Positions 16,382 to 19,997 of a DNA stretch of 19,997 bases are shown piece by piece. The DNA comes from a virus: the UHGV virus genome UHGV-0061455. One strand, given 5' to 3'. Below the pieces are notes generated by a model that saw only the letters and a program-made list of their open reading frames with translations, had not been told where the DNA came from and did no database searches. The translations under genes and the position numbers were made by a program. The first letter of the stretch is position 1, and each line of letters opens with the position of its first letter.

Positions 16382-17504
16382 TATTGAAACTCAAAACGTG
16401 CCTTACTTTGGAGGGGTAGCTACTCCGTACTGCCCTGAGAACTACATCGTAGAATCAGGGTTCAGGATTGATAGAACTAATCCAGATGGTACAGTAACGT
16501 GCAGTGATGTAGGCAGCGTACGTTATGAATCAAGAGAAGAGTTCTTGCAGGCAGACCCTAAGCAGTGGTTACCTATTCAGGAAGATACATGGTTAATCGT
16601 GGCCCATAACGCTGCGTATGAGATTAGCTGGGCACTGACGTTTGCTAGGGAAGAGTTTGAGGCATTCCTGAAAAGAGGTGGACGTGTATTTGATACAATG
16701 CAGGGGCAATACATCGCCTCTGACTTCCAAGACCTTTACCCGTCACTGGATGAGACGGCCCCCAAGTATGGTGGCAGTCACAAGGTTGATGGTGTTAAGC
16801 TGCTGTGGCAGCAGGGAGTATTAACAGCAGATATTGACCCAGTACTACTGCATGAGTACCTAACAGGGCCGGAAGGAGACATCGTCAATACTGCACTGTG
16901 CTTCTACGGGCAATGTGCATTGTTCGCTGAGCGTGGGCAGATGCCTATGGTCTGGGAAAGGATGGATAGTGTAGTAGCCCTAGCCTACTGTGAGTTTAAT
17001 GGTGTGTACGTAGACATGCCTACAGCCAGAGCTAACCAGAAGGAGCAGGAGGACGCTATCGCAGTACTGAAGCAGACTCTGCAAGGCTTCTTGCCGGAAC
17101 TACCTGAAGGCTTTGAGTTCAACTGGAACAGTGGATACCACATGTCCGCACTGGTGTATGGCGGTATGGTTAAGTACAAGTGCAAGGTCCCGTATGACCC
17201 GCCGAAGTATGTGAAGAAGGAAGTGCAGGATGGGGTATATAAGTCAGGCCGTAACAAGGGCATGCCTAAGTACATTAAAGTAGACACAGACGAGCAGGCT
17301 ATGAAGTGGGGCGAGCGTTTGTATAAGTTCGAAGGACTTGTATGTATTAAGGACCTGCCGGCAGTACTACAAGAGAAGTATGCGGAGCGAGGAGAGTTCC
17401 GAGGTGCTCAGACATTAGCAGACGGTACAGCTGTATTCAGTACAGGTACGGATGCTATGAAAGAACTGGCTAACTATTTTATTGGGATTGAAGACGATGA
17501 GTAA
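16359..17504 (+). CDS. DNA polymerase (family A), N-terminal fragment with 3'-5' exonuclease domain
   Basis: 381 aa from GTG 16359 (GAAGGA RBS 7 nt upstream), overlapping the HNH gene end. Exo I motif ILIFDIETQ and Exo II VAHNAAYEISWAL align with T7 gp5 (IVSDIEANA, VFHNGHKYDVPAL). ORF stops where the methyltransferase gene begins. Confidence 0.8.
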   Translation: MASILIFDIETQNVPYFGGVATPYCPENYIVESGFRIDRTNPDGTVTCSDVGSVRYESREEFLQADPKQWLPIQEDTWLIVAHNAAYEISWALTFAREEFEAFLKRGGRVFDTMQGQYIASDFQDLYPSLDETAPKYGGSHKVDGVKLLWQQGVLTADIDPVLLHEYLTGPEGDIVNTALCFYGQCALFAERGQMPMVWERMDSVVALAYCEFNGVYVDMPTARANQKEQEDAIAVLKQTLQGFLPELPEGFEFNWNSGYHMSALVYGGMVKYKCKVPYDPPKYVKKEVQDGVYKSGRNKGMPKYIKVDTDEQAMKWGERLYKFEGLVCIKDLPAVLQEKYAERGEFRGAQTLADGTAVFSTGTDAMKELANYFIGIEDDE

Positions 17505-18204
17505 TTTTATAAACATTATGCACGGTGACTGTCTGGAGTTGATGAAGGAAATTCCAGCTAAAAGTGTAGATATGGTACTTTGCGACTTACCTTATGGGAC
17601 TACTCAATGTAAATGGGATGTGATTATAGATTTTAAAATGTTATGGGAAAACTACGGTAGGGTAGTTAAGGATACGGGCGCTATAGTCCTAACGGCGGCG
17701 CAGCCGTTCACAAGTACGCTGGTAGTAAGTAATATTAAGAACTTCAAATATCAATGGGTTTGGAAGAAATCAAGACCTACAGGACATCTTAATGCTAAGA
17801 AGCAACCGTTACGGAACACTGAAGACATTCTCGTCTTCTATAAGTCGCAGTGTACGTATAATCCTCAAGGTACACGAGAAACAGACGTCATGGTGTCACG
17901 TACAAACAGGGGCAATTACGGGGAATGTTCAAAAACCACACGGCAGACGGTAACCGGTTACCCTACTACGATTCTGGAATTTGCATCTGAAGTAGGGGAA
18001 CACCCAACACAAAAGCCAGTCGCACTTATGGAGTATCTAATTCGTACATATACAAACGAAGGTGATACTGTTCTAGACAATTGCATGGGCAGTGGTACTA
18101 CGGGGGTAGCAGCTAAGAATACACTCCGTAATTTTATAGGTATCGAAAAGGATGCTACATACTACGATATAGCATTCAATCGCATTCATAATTCAAACGT
18201 GTAA
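17497..18204 (+). CDS. DNA methyltransferase (N6-adenine/N4-cytosine, beta-class)
   Basis: 235 aa from ATG 17497 (overlaps the Pol-N stop). N-terminus MSNFINIMHGDCLELMKEIPAKSVDMVLCDLPYG carries a DLPY variant of motif IV (DPPY). HPTQKP and DNCMGSGTTGVAAK...NFIGIEKD (motif I) are family signatures. Visibly A+T-rich versus neighbours. Confidence 0.85.
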   Translation: MSNFINIMHGDCLELMKEIPAKSVDMVLCDLPYGTTQCKWDVIIDFKMLWENYGRVVKDTGAIVLTAAQPFTSTLVVSNIKNFKYQWVWKKSRPTGHLNAKKQPLRNTEDILVFYKSQCTYNPQGTRETDVMVSRTNRGNYGECSKTTRQTVTGYPTTILEFASEVGEHPTQKPVALMEYLIRTYTNEGDTVLDNCMGSGTTGVAAKNTLRNFIGIEKDATYYDIAFNRIHNSNV

Positions 18205-18211
18205 GGTATGT

Positions 18212-19363
18212 ATGACTACTCAAGCGTCTTCATTCTTTAAAGCATACAACGAACTAACCCTGCGCCAGAAGGACTTAGGCTTCTATGAGGTTAAGGACTA
18301 CAACAAGGATGGTAGCCTGCGTAAGACTACGGGGATGCTTCCTTATGTAATACCTCAGAAGGAAGACGGTAGTGGCATCATTCATCACCGCCTGAATCAC
18401 TGTTCAACTACAACCGGGAGGCTGTCAGCGTCTAACCCGAATATGCAGCAGCTGCCGCGTGAGTCTAAGGTTAAGCAGATTCTTCGCAGTCGCTATGGTG
18501 AGCAGGGCATGATTGCACAGTGCGACTACTCAGCTATGGAAGTTGTAATGGGCTGTGTAATTACCGGTGATAAGAAGCTCCTGTCCCTGCTTGAAGATGG
18601 TACAGACATGCACTGCTACCGCTTAGCATTCCAAGAGGGTATGCCATATGAAGAAGTCTACGAGCTTTGCCATAACCCGGATGCACTGAACCATAAAGAA
18701 TGGAAGAAGAAACGAACAGCAATCAAAACGTTCAGCTTCGCAGCGCAGTACGGAGCTTCCGCTAAAGGATTGGCGTTCGCCTCTGGTGCCAGCCTGAAGG
18801 ATGCTGAGAAGTTCTTAGCTAACGAAGAAGCCCTGTTCCCTGAGTCTATTAAGTATCGCGATGTAATCGCAGCAGAAGTAAACCGCACTGCATTACTGGA
18901 ACCTATCCGTCGTGAGCAGTCAGATGACGGTAGCTGGCGTATCTACCGTGAGGGATACTTCACTGCACCTTGCGGTACTCGCTACCGCTTCCGTCAGAAA
19001 CCTGTGTGGCGTGAAGGGAAGCAGGTCATGGACTTCAAGCCTACAGAGATGGCGAACTATCCGTTTCAGGGCTCAGGTTCCCTGCTTATGCTGATTGCGA
19101 TGGGTATGATTCTGCGTGCAGGGTTAGCGGATAACTGGATGGACGGTAAGTGGTGCATCCTTGCCACTGTGCATGATGCCGTCTATGCAGATTGTGCAGA
19201 CGAAGAGACAGCTAATAAGGTAGGGCAACTTATCAAGCGCTGTATGGAAGGGGCACGCGACCGTATGCTAGCACTGTGGCCTGAGTTTGGTATCCTTAAA
19301 GATGTAAAGTTCCCAGCAGAAGCCGGGCTTGGTAAATCCTTCAAGGAAGAGTACACGATTTAA
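18212..19363 (+). CDS. DNA polymerase (family A), C-terminal fragment with polymerase domain
   Basis: 383 aa. TTTGRLSASNPNMQQLP (O-helix-preceding motif), DYSAMEV (motif A), RTAIKTFSFAAQYGAS (motif B) and VHDAV (motif C) match Pol I/T7 gp5. Confidence 0.85.
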   Translation: MTTQASSFFKAYNELTLRQKDLGFYEVKDYNKDGSLRKTTGMLPYVIPQKEDGSGIIHHRLNHCSTTTGRLSASNPNMQQLPRESKVKQILRSRYGEQGMIAQCDYSAMEVVMGCVITGDKKLLSLLEDGTDMHCYRLAFQEGMPYEEVYELCHNPDALNHKEWKKKRTAIKTFSFAAQYGASAKGLAFASGASLKDAEKFLANEEALFPESIKYRDVIAAEVNRTALLEPIRREQSDDGSWRIYREGYFTAPCGTRYRFRQKPVWREGKQVMDFKPTEMANYPFQGSGSLLMLIAMGMILRAGLADNWMDGKWCILATVHDAVYADCADEETANKVGQLIKRCMEGARDRMLALWPEFGILKDVKFPAEAGLGKSFKEEYTI

Positions 19364-19375
19364 TTAAATTAGTTG

Positions 19376-19404
19376 TTGACATGGCAAGGACGCCTAGGTA
19401 TAGT
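19376..19404 (+). promoter_or_regulatory. Strong sigma70-type promoter P3a (TTGACA-N17-TATAGT)
   Basis: -35 TTGACA 19376-19381, 17-nt spacer, -10 TATAGT 19399-19404, preceded by taattaaattagttg; immediately after the DNA polymerase stop. Confidence 0.7.
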
Positions 19405-19491
19405 AAGCACATCAACGAGGCACGGAGCCTACCAGAAACGGTCAGTAGACGCAGCGTCATACGAAGAGCTGATAAGTTGATAAGAAACAGA

Positions 19492-19520
19492 TTGACAGGC
19501 AGTAACGAAGTAGATAATAT
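19492..19520 (+). promoter_or_regulatory. Candidate tandem promoter P3b (TTGACA-N17-TAATAT)
   Basis: -35 TTGACA 19492-19497, 17-nt spacer, -10 TAATAT 19515-19520. Predicted start lies about 15 nt upstream of R3, matching the P1-to-R1 spacing. Confidence 0.4.
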
Positions 19521-19541
19521 ACACATCAAGGAAGCAGTACT

Positions 19542-19682
19542 GGCAACTGAAGGTAGCGCTGATAACCAAGACGCTATAGCCAACAAGGAAGTGAACGCCC
19601 TCGGCTACGTCGCCGTCCCTGTATCGGGAGAAGACATGAGAGTCTAGGAGAAATAAGACTCGCTAACTGAAGTAGAGTTAGT
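19542..19682 (+). ncRNA. Conserved structured leader element, copy R3 of 3
   Basis: Same conserved blocks (GGCAACTGAAGG, ATAACCAAGAC, AGCCAACAAGGAAGTGAACG). Hairpin A: GTAGCG (19553-19558) pairs with CGCTAT (19572-19577, one G-U) around a 13-nt loop. Hairpin C: CTAAC (19663-19667) pairs with GTTAG (19677-19681), a compensatory change relative to R1 and R2. Confidence 0.5.
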
Positions 19683-19742
19683 GATGCAGTCTTAAGAGAT
19701 TGCAACCTTAACTTTATTCACAGTATTAACAGGAGGTAGTAA

Positions 19743-19925
19743 ATGCGCGTACGTATTCTTAATCACAATGCTTATGGCCCTTTCCTCACTGATGCAGATA
19801 AGAGGATGTATGCAGTAGGTACAGTTCATGAGGTAGTAAACTTCTACCCTGATACCGGGGAGGTAGACTTGGGAGATAGAGAGGTTAGCTTCGCCCCGGC
19901 AGAGTATGAGGTAGTAGAGGAGTAG
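19743..19925 (+). CDS. Hypothetical small protein
   Basis: 60-aa ORF with AGGAGG RBS 6 nt upstream; first gene after P3 and R3. Confidence 0.55.
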   Translation: MRVRILNHNAYGPFLTDADKRMYAVGTVHEVVNFYPDTGEVDLGDREVSFAPAEYEVVEE

Positions 19926-19997
19926 GTGTAGCCCTGCGTAGGAAGGGTTTTATTATACCACTTAACGCTCAATTTGTACAGCAATAAATTGATATTT

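Noticed and set aside
10-19586. All minus-strand ORFs in the six-frame track (10-306, 1867-2181, 2603-2941, 2689-2946, 3714-3911, 4909-5214, 5283-5474, 6077-6502, 6330-6611, 6496-6780, 7165-7365, 8395-8592, 13805-14206, 14925-15110, 15934-16245, 16985-17287, 18658-18888, 19341-19586)
   Set aside because: Each is fully embedded antisense within a well-supported + strand gene, lacks an RBS, and the genome organisation is unidirectional as expected for T7-like phages.
19932-19956. Possible rho-independent terminator after the last ORF (CCCT-gcgtagga-AGGG followed by TTTTATTAT)
   Set aside because: The stem is only 4 bp; too weak to call without experimental 3' end data.
1-19997. tRNA or rRNA genes
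   Set aside because: No cloverleaf-compatible segment with the conserved GTTC/TPsiC-like arm and no rRNA-like sequence was noticed by eye in the few intergenic regions; a tRNAscan-type run would be needed to exclude this definitively.

Overview
The window reads as a contiguous piece of a lytic T7-superfamily podophage (Autographiviridae-like; phiKMV/KP34-type gene order is my inference from synteny). Every credible gene is on the + strand; all minus-strand ORFs in the track are embedded in + strand genes and look spurious. Three blocks are visible. (1) Positions 1-9013 are the 3' end of the late region: the tail of an internal virion protein, a 901-aa tail fibre/tailspike (T7 gp17-like N-terminal anchor, beta-helix, C-terminal SDERAK auto-chaperone motif), a putative small terminase, a 105-aa HExxH mini-protein, the large terminase, two small hypotheticals, a lysis cassette (unimolecular-spanin-like lipoprotein, holin, SAR-type T4-lysozyme-fold endolysin) and a second anchorless beta-helix tailspike. 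(2) Positions 9014-9600 are non-coding, with short tandem repeats and G-rich/C-rich inverted arms, consistent with a genome terminus or terminal-repeat region captured in a circularised or concatemeric assembly. (3) Positions 9600-19997 are the early and DNA-metabolism region: small early genes (an exported lipoprotein plus periplasmic protein pair, a truncated Rha-like domain), primase, DnaB-like helicase, an HNH homing endonuclease, and a family A DNA polymerase split into exonuclease and polymerase ORFs by an A+T-rich N6/N4 DNA methyltransferase gene. The most unusual signal is a family of three paralogous, non-coding leader elements of about 140 nt, each just downstream of a near-consensus sigma70-type promoter (TTGACx-N17-TATAGT), carrying two hairpins whose stems differ between copies by compensatory substitutions. 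No tRNA, rRNA or CRISPR array was found. All homology statements come from motif recognition by eye; no database search was run.
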